Of a DNA stretch of 64,000 nt, positions 41,324 through 55,424 are shown piece after piece. This stretch comes from Eledone cirrhosa. Lineage: Eukaryota. The stretch spans positions 32,054,001 through 32,118,000 of the forward strand of contig OZ024748.1 of the NCBI GenBank assembly GCA_964016885.1, read 5' to 3'. A program made the translations under genes and the position numbers. Position 1 is the stretch's first letter. Each line of letters opens with the position of its first letter. The notes below the pieces were generated by a model. That model made no database searches, was not told where the DNA came from, and was given only the letters and a program-made list of their open reading frames with translations.

Positions 41324-41829
41324 GCACTTCTCAAAGACAATGACACAGGATTGAGATATTTGGTGTTATGCAGTAATATAGATGTCCAGCCTTCCCTAGC
41401 ATTGGTATCAAGAACTCCCACATGGACATCAATACACATCTATATATACACACATTACTATATACACACCTAACATATAAAAGACCCCATCGGTCACAGA
41501 TGACCATGTGATTTGCAACTAGAAAGTTCCCTTCTGAAGAACAAGTCTGGTTGTTTGTGGAAGACCAGCAGCTGCCCATGTATACCAGCCTACCCTCTCC
41601 AGACCACTGATGATGTCCAAGGGAAAGGTAATGGCTGATACAGCTTGGCACCAGTGATATCACAACATATATACATACTATATATATATTGTATAAACAC
41701 TCTGTACAGTATATATACACTATATATATATACACTGTGTACAATATATATTATAAACTATATATGTTGTCCAAGGGAAAAGCAATGGCTGATACAGCTT
41801 GGCACCAGTGACATCACAACATAATTATA

Positions 41830-43870
41830 TATAACTTATATCCCAGACATCCATACATTATTTCTATTTTACAGCTATCTCTCTTCCCCAATTTCAAAAT
41901 GTTCTGTTTACATTATTATTATTATCATTCACTTGTTTCCACAACGTATATACTTCGCCCTTTGTTTTTGACATAAACCATGTTGGATATTGTGTATTTC
42001 TCCACAAACTCTTCCCTAACCCCCGCCATTACCTCCCCTTTCTCTCACTCATTCATTTTGGTGTTTACGAAGCTAGGTGACCATCTTCAAAATTCTTACA
42101 TATTTGCCTTGTCTAATATGTCTACTTATTTCCCCCGAATCTCCTGTGATGATATATGTCATGATGGCTACCTATCTCACAACTTCCCACTCACCACCAT
42201 AGGCTATTTGACCAATCAAACCTCAGCAACATGTCCTTACCCATTACCAGCTCCAACAAACTCTGCCATTACTACTACTGTCCTTCTAGCCCTGCACCAA
42301 AGAATTCTAATACCCTTATCTATGGAGGAGTGAAGGATAAATGGAACAACCCTCAATAAATAAGTGAATATGAATCCGTGAGTTACCAAGCACCCATGCA
42401 AAGCTTTAATTCAGAGACAGGAAGCATACACACTCCACTGCAAAATTTCACCTTTTCTTACAAATAATGGCAAATGTCGTTTCATTGTGCTTATGTTGGA
42501 ACCCTCAACATAAGCACAATGAAAGGAAGGGCAGGAGAAATTATAGACATGAAAGGAAATTGACGTATGCTGTGTGCAAGAGACTAGGTGGAGAGGAGTG
42601 TCCGCTAGAGTCCTTATAGGCAAAAGTCAGTGCTATAAACTTTTCTGGGTGGGAAATGACAATGGGATGGGTGGTGTAGGTATACTATTAGCTGACAAAT
42701 GGGTAGATAAAGTAATAACCACACATATTATTAACCAGGTAATACTAGAGGGTGTCATACCAAAGGATTGGTGCAGCAGCATCATCGTCAACTGCTAAAA
42801 GGGTAAAGGAGATGCACTAGATAGAAGAAACTATAGAGGTATAAAGCTGATGGACCAGATCATGAGAGTAATGGAAAGAGTCATAGCACATTTGATCAGG
42901 GACTGGGTAAAACTAGGTGAGATGCAGTTTGGGCTTGCGCCAGGAAAAAGTACCACTGATGCAGTTACAGGAAAAGTACCTAGCTAAAAGTAAGCCACTC
43001 TACCTGGCTCTTGTCGATCTGGAAAATGCCTTCCACAGAGTGCCTCGTGCTATAATCTGGTGGGCTCTTAGAAAACTAGGAGTAGATGAATGGCTTGTGA
43101 AAGCTGTACAAGCCATGTATAGGGGAGCAGTCAGTAAAGTTAGAGTTAACAATGACTATAGTGAGGAATTTAGCGTACAGGTCAGTGTCCACCAGGGCTC
43201 TGTTCTTAGCCCTCTCCTGTTTATTGTAGTATTGCAGGCTCTAACAGAGGAGTTTAAGGCCGGATGCACATAGGAACTCCTATATGCGGATGATCTTACA
43301 CTTATAGCTGAATCTATGGCAGAACAAAAGAAACAAGCACCACCAAACTCTGGGAGAGCTCTGTAGAAACAATAGACAGCTTTTGCTACCTAGGTGACCA
43401 AATGAGCAGTGGAGATGTACAGTAACCAGGGTAACAACGGGATTGAAGAAGTTCAGGGAGCTAGTGCCACTGCTAGCTACAAAAGGATTTTCCCTCAAAA
43501 TGAAAGGCAGACAGTATGATGCGTGCATACGAACAGCAATGTTACATGGTAGTGAGACCTGGGCGCTGTCTGTAGAAGACTTGCATAGATTAGAAAGAAA
43601 CGAAGCTTGCATGCTCCGATGGATGTGTAAAGTAATATACGCGAGAAGCAAAGCATTAACAAATTGAGAGAGACTAAGCAACAACAAAAAAGCACCCATC
43701 ACTCACTGTGAGGTTGGTGTTAGGAAGGGCATCCGGTTGTAGAAATCAAGCCAAAATCAGTTCCCATCTGAGCAAGACAAGGTCACCCTACCTGGCACTG
43801 ACCACAACAGGACAACCAGTCTAACCCATACTACCATGGAAGACGTAAAACGGTGATGATGATGATGATA
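41830..43870 (+). mobile_element. Multiply deleted RTE LINE with (GAT)n tail
   Basis: ORF fragments 42574-43667 with APE and RT motifs. Paralog of 26470-28587. Confidence 0.85.
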
Positions 43871-44147
43871 TACATATATATAAATACTGTGTACAGTATA
43901 TATACACTATATATGATGTCCAAGAGAAAGGCAATGGCCGATACAGCTTGGCACCAGTGACGTCACAACGTATATATATACTATATATATACACTATGTA
44001 TATATTATATATACACTCTGTACAGTATATATACACTATATATATGTCCAAGGGAAAGGTTATGGCCGATACAGCTAGGCACCAGTGACATCACAACATA
44101 TATATATACACTATATCCATTATACAGTATATATACACTATATATAT

Positions 44148-44330
44148 ATGTCCAAGGGAAAGGCTATAGCCGACACAGCTTGGCACTAGTGTCATTATAA
44201 CTCATTTCTACAGCTAAGTAAACTGGAACAACGTGAAATAAAGTGTCTTGCTCAAGGACGCAACACAACACCCGGTCAGAGAATCGGTCTCACCACCTTT
44301 TAATTTTAAGCCCAACCACTTAGCCATGAT
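44148..44330 (-). mobile_element. tRNA-headed CORE-type SINE
   Basis: The minus strand reads TGGCTAAGTGGTT (box A-like) ... CCTTGAGCAAGACACTTT (CORE-like) ... AGCTGTAGAAATGAGT. Confidence 0.65.
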
Positions 44331-44423
44331 ACGTTCCAGAACCAACTTTGATATAGAGAGACCATAAAGACAACCGTTGTTTTCATAGTTTAACTCTTAA
44401 AATACCTCTCATACATGCTTTAA

Positions 44424-46545
44424 TCCTTTAGCATTCACATGCTAGCGTGGAAAGTGGACGATAAACGAGGATGATGATGATTGAATTGTTGAATGTCATA
44501 TTCATCTATTCGCATTATTTTCACTTAATTATACTCAAGAGGGTTATCAATTTTATTTGTTTGTAATTACTTTAATTTTCTATGTGCAAGACTTGAAATT
44601 TTGTCAGTAGATGTTTAAAAAACTATAATTTACCATTATATATTTTTACCTGATTTTCTTTGTTAAATTTGACTTTTATGGGCAGGTGAAATTAATTAAC
44701 AGGTGTAAAAGTAATAACTTTATGGATAAACACAAATTTAAACTTTATCTGCCTTACCTGTTAGATTTGTTGCAAAAAAATCCAATAATGACCTAGATGC
44801 TGATTTCCATCAATTCTAACAGTTTTCCGAACAGGTGAATTAATTAAAAATGCAGGTGTAATCAGTACAAGGTTTTAGTCTTTCTCTACATTCCAGGCAA
44901 ATATTTTCATTGAAAAAAATGTATAAAACCTTTTCACCAGTCAAAATAATATTGTGTACTCTTACACAATGTACGGTGTAAATTTACGTAACAGAATGTT
45001 CCCAATATATAAGTTCATTAACAGGTGTGATGCAGGTGTGACACAGGTGAATGCAGGTGTTTTTGTATATGTGTTCTAATATATTTTAAAAATATTGTTT
45101 TCAATATTGTCAGACAATATTTCTATCGTGATACTGCCCAAAACACCCTTTACATAATGGCACTTTGCAAAAGGAACACATAAATAGGGTTTGGATTGCG
45201 TAATCATTAACAGTTTTTCTCTTTTGCAAAGAGCACAATCGGCGAACCTTCCTCCTACCATCAATTCTCTCCACTTTGTGAAAATCAATATTTTCTTTGT
45301 GAACCACTGCTAATTTTGATTTTTTTTCCAGCTTTGTGTTTGCGAGAAATATATCCTCCATGTAGCTGAGATGCAATGTCCACGCGAATCTTCATATGAC
45401 AGTAGTCCTTTGGTGGTGGTGGATCCTTGTGGCTTTTAGTAAATACAATAAAAGAATTCACAATGGTTAAATTCACTAAAAACCACAAGATGTACTTCCA
45501 CCATTTCTTTCCAGGGCGTCCAACTGGGTAATATGCACAATACTGGTCAGATGTGTCAACCCCACTCATATATTTATTGTAGGAGAGGTTAACTAAAGGT
45601 TTACCCTCAGCTCCAACACCAGATTGTTGATTAGAACACAGGAACAAAATTTGCCGTTTGTCTTTGAACACTGTGGCTAACATGTTCCCTTTTTGCATTT
45701 GGAGAATGTCCCCTCTGTTTTTCAGTTTCGCAACTTTTATTTCTTGGGGTAGCCCTTTCCGATTGCTCATTATTGTGCCGCAGGTGTACGTATTTACAAG
45801 GGCAAGATCCTCTGCTAAAAGTACCGAAGAAAAAAAACGGTCAAAATATATGTCTGTGTTGAGAGTGGAAGGGTTGGGTCAGCGACCACACAACATCGTA
45901 ACCCAACCCGTGTTTTCTCTCTCCGATATGTTTTTTTCCTGTGTAAACATCAAAGTTTACACAGTAACCTGTGTCCGATTCACACAGTTCCCACACTTTG
46001 ATGCCCCATTTGGTGGGTTTAGCTGGCATATACAGTATGAAATGAACCCTACCCTTATACCCAATCATAGCTGCAGCAACACTAAGATTTTTTCCAGGTA
46101 TATACACACTTTTAAATTTTTCAGACAACATTTCAATTAATGGTCGTACTTTGTACAGTGGGTCGTAATTTGATTCATTTCTACCAGGGGCATTTGAAGT
46201 ATCAACCAGGTGCAAATACTGGTTTAATTTGATGAATCTCGTTTTTGCCATAATACTAGATAAATAAGTGTCACCAAACCTTATATCAGTACTCCAATAA
46301 TTCCACAGTCTTGGAAATTGTTTAATACCAAACATAATATTTATGGTAAAAAACGCTTTCATTTCAGTAGAATCTGTCGGACGCCATAACACATTGGGTT
46401 TTCCGATATTAGAAATCTGTTGTTGGGCATAGCGATTTTTCTCTTCTGCCACAACTTTGAAGAAAGTTTGTGGTAAAAATAAAAAAAAATAATCCAGTGC
46501 TTTAGCATCAGGTGGTAATGTGTGTTGTTTTTCCCCGTTATTTCC
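44424..46545 (-). mobile_element. piggyBac transposon, 5'-truncated, with frameshifted transposase
   Basis: TTAA|TCCTTTAGCATTC terminus. The empty TTAA site is in unit 2 (~28631). ORFs 45841-46578, 45285-45770 and 45076-45288 contain YMPAKPTKWGIK, YNKYMSGVD, KWWK and a C-terminal Cys-rich domain. The first catalytic Asp motif is mutated (SVAAAM). Confidence 0.9.
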
Positions 46546-46722
46546 CGTTCTTTGCCAGGGAACGTTTCCATGAACCAAAGTATCGTCTTCCTGTCTGTCT
46601 CCGGTTGCAATGTTTTTGAAATATTCACTTCTGAGTTCACAGATTGACTTTGTTAGTTTCAGAAGATCCCGTTAAGGGTGAAAACAGCGATTCTTTGCTT
46701 AAACTTTAATCTGTTATTTTAA

Positions 46723-46812
46723 TAAATATTTGCTATACGGTTCTTATATATTTGATATATATTTATCCTTATCGAGCCCTCTTTGGATTTTAGTCTTCAA
46801 GTTTATTATTAT

Positions 46813-46815
<3 letters not shown>
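46723..46815 (+). repeat. Short dispersed terminal remnant (also 30376-30469 minus, 31002-31028 plus)
   Basis: ATATTTGCT.TACGGTTCTTATATAT...ATCGAGCCC.CTTTGGATTTTAGTCTTCAA next to TA runs. The family is not identified; it is probably a Penelope end. Confidence 0.5.
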
Positions 46816-46857
<42 letters not shown>

Positions 46858-48620
46858 TAAGAGGAATTCCAACTTTGTCTGATTTACTCGTTTTATTTAC
46901 AATCCTTTAAAATATATATAATATAATGGTATTATAATGAAATAGTATGATAGAATATTAAATTCTAAGTGTTAATTGAACAAGTACTTTCATGCTTTCG
47001 CAATCTTCAGGTTCATGATATGTGGTGACAATTGAGTTTGCAATTTTCAACTGTAATGAGATGGGTAAATTTCCTACCTTTTATACATTTTATACAGAGA
47101 AAAGTGGCTCCAGAATGCAAAGCCCTGTAAACTGTATTTCGACCAATCAGTGTGTAGTTTCACTGAATTACTACAGCTGATTGGTTTAAGCGTCACGGCT
47201 GGTTGAGCATGCTAACGACCAATAGTCATATCCAACGTATCAATTGTTTTGCTTTTTTGAAATGATGAAAATAGCATTTTCTATTAATCATCACCATCAA
47301 CATCACTTTTATTATTATTATTATTGTTGTTGTTGTTGTTGTTGTTAGTGGTCGTGGTCATAGTGGTAGTAGAAGTAATACCCCTAGGCGTTATTATTGT
47401 TCATTTAGCTTGGGTTTGAATTTATCAATAAAATTCTTTTCTTTGATTTTTCTCTTGATTTCACTTGGGCTGTGTAATTTGTAGAATGGGAATATTATAA
47501 ATATTCCCTGACCACATGTTGCCAGGTGGCCGCTTAGGGGTATCTGACGGACATTTGGATCTCTGATTTGTTGACGGTGTACTCGTGCACGCTCCGATAG
47601 TGCATTTCCAGTTTGACCGACATATAGTTCTTCACAATTCGGGCATTTAATGCAGTAAATTAGATTTCTGCTTTTGCAGTTCATATTTGCATTTGGGAAT
47701 ATTTTTCCAGTTTTTGTTTTCATATATTGACCGGCGTGTATGGATTGACATGTGCCGCATCGATTATCATTGCATTTAGATACAGTGAATGATTGGTCTT
47801 TGTGCCAACACAAACACTCACCTTACCTTGAATCAAAAAAGAACTACGGTAATAACTCTTCGCTTTTTCTACAAAAACACCCTATCGCACACAACATGAA
47901 CAAAAGGCACAAACACGATAGGTATTCCTTTGACCAGACCATAAGAAGTAGTAAAACCAGGAGATCATTCTCAAGATCTCAACAGAGACTACCAACAAGG
48001 AATGTGGAAACAAAACGTAGAATAACCAGATCACTCTCAAGATCTCAACAGAGATTGCCCACAAGAAACTGGACGAAAAAACGATCTAAACCTGAAAGCA
48101 AACCTAGGTCATTTTCCCAGATTGTTAAAAATAATGCTAACAGGAAGAAAAATAATATACAGAATACCAAAAATAGGACAAAATACATAACGAAACCAAA
48201 TATAATATCACGACCAAAAGTTCATCAAGCGAACACCAACAGGAATATAAATCCTGAACAGAGAAAAATCCATTTTTTAACGTCAGGACAACAAAAACCG
48301 GAAAAAGAAAAACTCCAGGAGGAAACATACCCAAAACAGCTGTACACGTAGATCCTAAAATAATTAATTTATCTAAAAGAGATCTTGACAATGATGAAAT
48401 GCAAATTCTGTCAAAAGGACTGAAATTCACACCGACTCCAACAGTCAACCACCAAGAACTGAAGGAGGATACCCAAGAATTCTGTCGAAAATTACGTCTT
48501 GTAGAATTCTTCTCTGATAAAAATAATGAGAGTGATGAATTCACTTCTACTCAGTTTTGATGTGGTAAGCCTTTACACCACATTACACATGATTTAGGAA
48601 TAAAGGCGGTTAAATACTGG

Positions 48621-49928
48621 GTGGAAAAACATAGAGAAGTGATTCCCATTAGATTCACAGCGCCATTTATATTAGACGCAGTTAAACTTATTCTGGAAAA
48701 CAACACTTTCTTCTTCAATGGAAAGAATTACATCCAAATTAGAGGCACAGCGATGGGAACGAAGTTTGCTCCCGTTTACGCGAACTCTGTAATGGGATAC
48801 TTAGAACAACAACTCTACCAAGAAATAGAGGAAAAATATAGTACTGACTTTAGAAAGTACATTGAAAAATCTTGGAAGAGATACCTTGACGACTGTTTCA
48901 TCATCTGGACAGAATCTCTAGATACTCTGGATAAGTTCAATATCCTCCTGAATAACCTACACCCATCTCTCCAATTCACAAAAGAGATGAGTAGGACCAA
49001 ATTACCATTCCTAGATATAATGATAATCAAAAACGACACCACCATTACCACGGATATATATTATAAACACACAGACACCCATCAATATCTGAATTTTAAG
49101 TCGTGCCATCCACCTCATACAAAACGCAACATCCCATACTGCCTAGCCAGAAGAATTTGTACCATTGTAGAAGATACGAATACCAGGTACAAACGCCTGA
49201 CAGAACTAAGAGAATTTTTGCTCAAACAAAAATACCCATCTCTACTTATAGAAAATGGCATACAGCGGGCTATAAAAATACCTATACAACAACTTAGAAC
49301 AACCCAAGGAAGAAGAGACCAAGAACTGGTCATACCATTTATAATGACACACAACCCATGTCACCAGAATATCTTCAACACTGCCAAAGCAAACCTACCG
49401 ATCATTGCTCAAAGTAATGAATTAAAAGGCTTAATCACAGATCGATCTTTGACTCTTAGTAAAAGACAGCCAAAAAATTTGAAGCAATTGCTAACAAAAG
49501 CAAAGTTTGACCTTAACAACAAAGACCAATCATTCACTGTATCTAAATGCAATGATAATCGATGCGGCACATGTCAATCCATACACGCCGGTCAATATAT
49601 GAAAACAAAAACTGGAAAAATATTCCCAAATGCAAATATGAACTGCAAAAGCAGAAATCTAATTTACTGCATTAAATGCCCGAATTGTGAAGAACTATAT
49701 GTCGGTCAAACTGGAAATGCACTATCGGAACGTGCACGGGTACACCGTCAACAAATCAGAGACCCAAATGTCCGTCAGATACCCCTAAGCGGCCACCTGG
49801 CAACATGTGGTCAGGGAATATTTATAATATTCCCATTCTACAAATTACACAGCCCAAGTGAAATCAAGAGAAAAATCAAAGAAAAGAATTTTATTGATAA
49901 ATTCAAACCCAAGCTAAATGAACAATAA
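48621..49928 (+). pseudogene. Penelope RT (C-terminal part) plus GIY-YIG endonuclease ORF, 435 aa
   Basis: GTAMGTKFAP, RYLDD, FLD, YYKHT, a Cys linker and IYCIKCPNC..YVGQT...R..H. The upstream FDVVSLY motif is frameshifted. Confidence 0.85.
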
Positions 49929-50306
49929 TAACGCCTAGGGGTATTACTTCTACTACCACTATGACCACGACCACTAACAACAACAACAACAACAACAATA
50001 ATAATAATAATAAAAGTGATGTTGATGGTGATGATTAATAGAAAATGCTATTTTCATCATTTCAAAAAAGCAAAACAATTGATACGTTGGATATGACTAT
50101 TGGTCGTTAGCATGCTCAACCAGCCGTGACGCTTAAACCAATCAGCTGTAGTAATTCAGTGAAACTACACACTGATTGGTCGAAATACAGTTTACAGGGC
50201 TTTGAATTCTGGAGCCACTTTTCTCTGTATAAAATGTATAAAAGGTAGGAAATTTACCCATCTCATTACAGTTGAAAATTGCAAACTCAATTGTCACCAC
50301 ATATCA

Positions 50307-50345
50307 TGAACCTGAAGATTGCGAAAGCATGAAAGTACTTGTTCA
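50307..50345 (+). ncRNA. Minimal hammerhead ribozyme in Penelope pLTR (mirror copy 46977-47015, minus strand)
   Basis: TGAAC-CTGAAGA-TTGC GAAA GCAT-GAAA-GTAC-TT-GTTCA: one-pair stem III capped by palindromic GTAC. Confidence 0.7.
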
Positions 50346-50499
50346 ATTAACACTTAGAATTTAATATTCTATCATACTATTTCATTATAATACCATTATA
50401 TTATATATATTTTAAAGGATTGTAAATAAAACAAGTAAATCAGACAAAGTTGGAATTCCTCTTATTAATATAATCTTCTATACACAATCATACACACCC

Positions 50500-51087
<588 letters not shown>

Positions 51088-51088
<1 letters not shown>

Positions 51089-54000
51089 TCATCATCATCA
51101 TCTTTGTTTAACGTCCACTTTCCACGCTAGCATGGGTTAGACGGGAGTTGTCCCACTTGAGGCAAGGTTTGGTCGGGTGACCGTGTCTCGGTCATATCTG
51201 GCAGGTTTTCTATGGCTGGATGCCCTTCCTAACACCAACCACATTTACAGTGTGGAAACTGGGAACTTTTTACCATGTTACTTATACGGCCACATTACAG
51301 CGTGGACTGTGTGTTTTTTTCTCGCGACACCTACACGATCTCAATCTCATTTATCTCATTTATTTGGACTGGATGTTGTGGTACCAACTTTATAGAGAGA
51401 GGGTGGTGTTGGTGGGAGTGGGAGGATAGGGTAGGGGTAGTGGATTGGGGTGTATATTTGGTTAAGAGGTGCCTACTGACTGTAGGTTTCCTTTGTACAT
51501 AGGCAAGGCGGGTCTTCTGTATTACTGCGTAGCGCCAAAGATCTCGGTCCAGTGACATTGTCTTAGAGAGGTGCAAGTGTGTAAGGTCGGAATTTATCAG
51601 ATCGTCCCAGGTTTTTCTGGGTCTACCTACTCCGTAACTACCATCAATTTTGATCGCCCTGCATTTTTTTATACAGCTGTCGTCTTTCATGCGTATCACG
51701 TGACCATACCAACGTAGTCTTCTCTCGAGTAAACAGCATCTGATCCCTCTTATTCCTAATTTCTCACTTAGTTCACTTATGCTTTGCCGTTCACGTATAT
51801 TACTTTTACACATCCAACGGAGCATGCATGCTTCGTTCCTTTCTGGTCTACGCAGGTCCTCTGCACGCAATGCCCATGTCTCACTATCATGTAGCATTGC
51901 TGTTCGTATACAAGCATCATACAATCTGCCTTTCATTTTTAGAGAGAAACCTTTTGTGGCCAACAGCGGTATAAGCTCTCTGAACTTTTTCCATCCCGTT
52001 CTGACTCTGGCTACTGTACTTTCAGAACACCCTCCACCACTGCTGATTTCGTCACCCAGGTAACGGAAAGTGTCTACTATTTCTACAGAACCATCTGGGC
52101 AATAGAAGGGGCTAGTATCCTGTGGATACTTACTACCTATTGCACCTGAGCATCGGCCACATATAAAGTCTATGTTCTTAGATAGTTTACCTGTGATCCA
52201 ACTACATCTTTTACGTACCCATACTTTGCATTTGGGACATAAAATGGAATTTCTGCCTATTCCTTTCCTACACACTGAGCAAGGCCATTTCCCTGAGGGG
52301 ACCTGTGCCCTATTTTCCTTTCTACAAACTAGAACTTTAGTCTTAGACAAGTTAACTTTAAGGCCTTTTGATTCTAGACCATGCTTCCATGTTTAGAATT
52401 TCTTTTCTAGTTCAGCCCTTGATTCAGCTATGAGCGTTAGATCATCTGCGTATAGGAGTTCCCATGGGCAGCCGGTCTTGAACTGCTCTGTTATAGCCTG
52501 AAGGGCAATAATAAATAGGAGGGGGCTAAGACAGAGCCTTGATGAAAACCAACTTCTATACTAAATTCTTCACAATATTCATTGTTAATTCTAACCTTAC
52601 TGACTGCTTCATTATACATAGCTTGTATAGCTCTCACAAGCCATTCATCTACACCTAGTTTTCTAAGAGCCCACCAGCAAATGGAGCGGGGACTCTGTCA
52701 AAGGCTTTTTCCAGGTCTACAAAAGCTAAGTAGAAGGGTTTACTTTTAGCTAGGTACTTCTCTTGTAGTTGTAGGAAAAGAGCATCTGTGGTACTTTTAC
52801 CTGACACAAACCCAAACTGCATTTCATCTAGATCAATTCCCTCTCTGATTAGTTGCTCTATAACTCTTTCTGTGACCTTCATGACCTGGTCAACTAACTT
52901 AATGCCTCTATAGTTTCCTCTATCTAGAGCATCTCCTTTACCCTTGTAGCAGTTAATGATGATGCTGCTACGCCAGTCTTTTGGTATGACCCCATTCTGT
53001 ATTATTTGGTTAACTATACGGGTGACCATAGTATGTCCCACCATTCCAGATGCCTTCAACATCTCAGCAACTATCTCCGAAGGCCCAGCTGCTTTGCCTG
53101 TCTTCATATCTTTGATTGCCTTACTTATTATACTACCTTTAACTTGCACCGCTGGTCCTTCTATTGGATCGATTTGGGGCAGACTATCTTTTTCCCACTT
53201 ATTCTCTTCATTTAATAGTCTCTCAGGTGACACTTCCAGGCTATCTTCTTATCAGCATCAGTGAGGGCAAGTACACCGTTATCATTACGGACACACTTCT
53301 CCCATACAATATCACGGTTTTCCTTGACACATTGTCTAGCAATCCTGAACACCTCGCGTTTTTGGTCCCCACGTTGTAGAACATGCTTGAACTTGCTTTC
53401 CTCTGCTTCCCTTTTTGCAAGGTACACTTGTCTCCTAGCTTTTCTCCTGGCCACTTGATAGTGCTCTCTACTTCCCCCATTCTGCCATACTTTCCAAGCC
53501 TGCTTTTTGGCCTTAATTGTCTCTTCTACCTTACTGTTCCACCACCAAGTTACTCTCCTCCTGCCAATACGTCTGCTCCAGCCACAGATTTCATCCGTAG
53601 CTTTCAGCAGGTTAACTTTCAAGAATTGCCTCTGTTCCTCTATATCGCACGTCTCTAATTGCTCTTCCTTATTTTCAAAGGCATCAAGTAATAAGCTTTT
53701 AAATCTGTCACTGGCTATGGGGTCCTTCAACTTCCATATTCTTCTCCTCAGGGTAGGCCTCCTCTGTCGTTGAGTACATCTATTCCTGACTGTGAGGTCA
53801 CTAACTACTAGGCTATTATGGGAGGTGCATTCTTCACGGGGGAGGGATTTAGTGTTTACAACAGACACTTTGTCCCGTCTTCTAGTAAAGATATAATCTA
53901 TCTGGCTGGCGTGTTCCCCTGATCTATAGATGATCAAGTGGTTTTCACGTTTTTTGAAGTTTGTGTTACAGATAGTTAGGTTATTGGCATCACAGAATTT

Positions 54001-54955
54001 CAGGATTCTGAAGCCTTCCTCATTTCTATTTCCAAACCCATAGCCTCCATGGATTCCATCATAGCCATCACTATGTTGTCCAACGTGACCGTTTAGATCG
54101 CCAGCAATAATTAGGTAGTCGCTGTCGGTTATTTGGGAGGTAGTGTGCATTAGCGTCTCATAGAACCTGTCCTTTATAACGTCAAGTAGACCAGATTGGG
54201 GTGCATAAGCGGATATTATTGTCACAGTAGTTTTATTTAGAACTAGCCTTATTTTAATTATTCTGTCATTTACTCTATTTACATCAATTACCTTATCTAC
54301 CCATTTTTCAGCTAACATAATTCCTACTCGACCCAGTCGGTTGTCATTTCCCACCCAGAAAAGTTTATAGCATCGTTTTTTACCCACGATTAATCTTGAA
54401 TACAACAAACATCAACTTCTTTACGTTCAAGCATCTCTACAACCTCATTTGAGTGACCTTTTAATGTGCCTACGCTCATGGTACCAACTCTGAAGTTGGG
54501 AGGGTGGGATGGATGGGTTAGAGGGGCAGGGAGGGGTGTGGGAGACGGAATTATGTTGGTCATCCGTGTCTGAAATAGAGAGGGGTCTTTGTATTCTCGT
54601 CCTGCAGCAGGAGGTGAATTTATCTTTATCTGTGACATCGTCATTGAATGCTTAGACTTTCCAAATCTCCGCAGTCAACCCATCAAACAGGTCTAAACTT
54701 GAGGAGTAGTAACCGGTCTAAACTTGAGGAGTAGTAACCTTTGCTATACTGATTTATTCGGGAACTTACTAAAGCCGCTAAGTTATGATAGGACCATTAG
54801 CAATGGTGGTGTGTGGGGGTGGGAGGGCGGAAAATGGGTAACTTTAGGAGAAGGATTTGATTTAGGAAGGGTCCAACAGAATCAGAAAAAATCATTTAAA
54901 TACATGTAAATATTAATTGAAAATCCGAGAGAAACAAACGGGGACTTTGAATTGT
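51088..54955 (-). mobile_element. Near full-length RTE LINE with a few frameshifts and stops
   Basis: ORFs 54390-54644, 53212-54408 (APE: SAYAPQ, GDLN, IDY), 52655-53233 (RT) and 51331-52350 (PHD-like plus C-terminus). (GAT)n tail at 51088-51102. A ~50-bp 5' UTR motif recurs at ~55229-55280, so the 5' end may extend further. Confidence 0.95.
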
Positions 54956-55393
54956 AGACTAGCATATCTCGGAGTTTAAAAACACTGCTCATTGGGAAGA
55001 CTGCGGAATATGGAAGACAATGCTTACATTCTCAAAATCAACAGGTCGTCCGTAAGATAATTTAGATAGATAAATTGTGTCCTTGGGAAACAGCAAGATG
55101 TATTTTATACCTGCGATCAGGAGGGGGGGGGGCTATGAGAGAAAGAGCAAAGTGATTACGAAGTTAGGGAGCGAGTTGCAGGAAGGTTCTAGAATTAATT
55201 AATAATAATACTAGAAGGATTATATTTTGGAGAAGGATTTGATTTAGGAAGGGTCCAACAGAATGAGACAAATCATTAGAGAGAGATACATATACATATA
55301 TACATACACATATATATATACATATAGAGAGAGATAGATATACATATATACATACACATACATATATATACATATATATACATATATATACAT

Positions 55394-55419
<26 letters not shown>

Positions 55420-55424
<5 letters not shown>

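Noticed and set aside
45076-46640. Domesticated piggyBac (PGBD-like) gene
   Set aside because: Frameshifted, catalytic motif mutated, TIR retained, and an empty TTAA site exists in the paralogous unit.
47394-47813. Stand-alone GIY-YIG endonuclease gene (139 aa)
   Set aside because: It is the inverted duplicate of the Penelope ORF 3' end; the start comes from the inversion junction.
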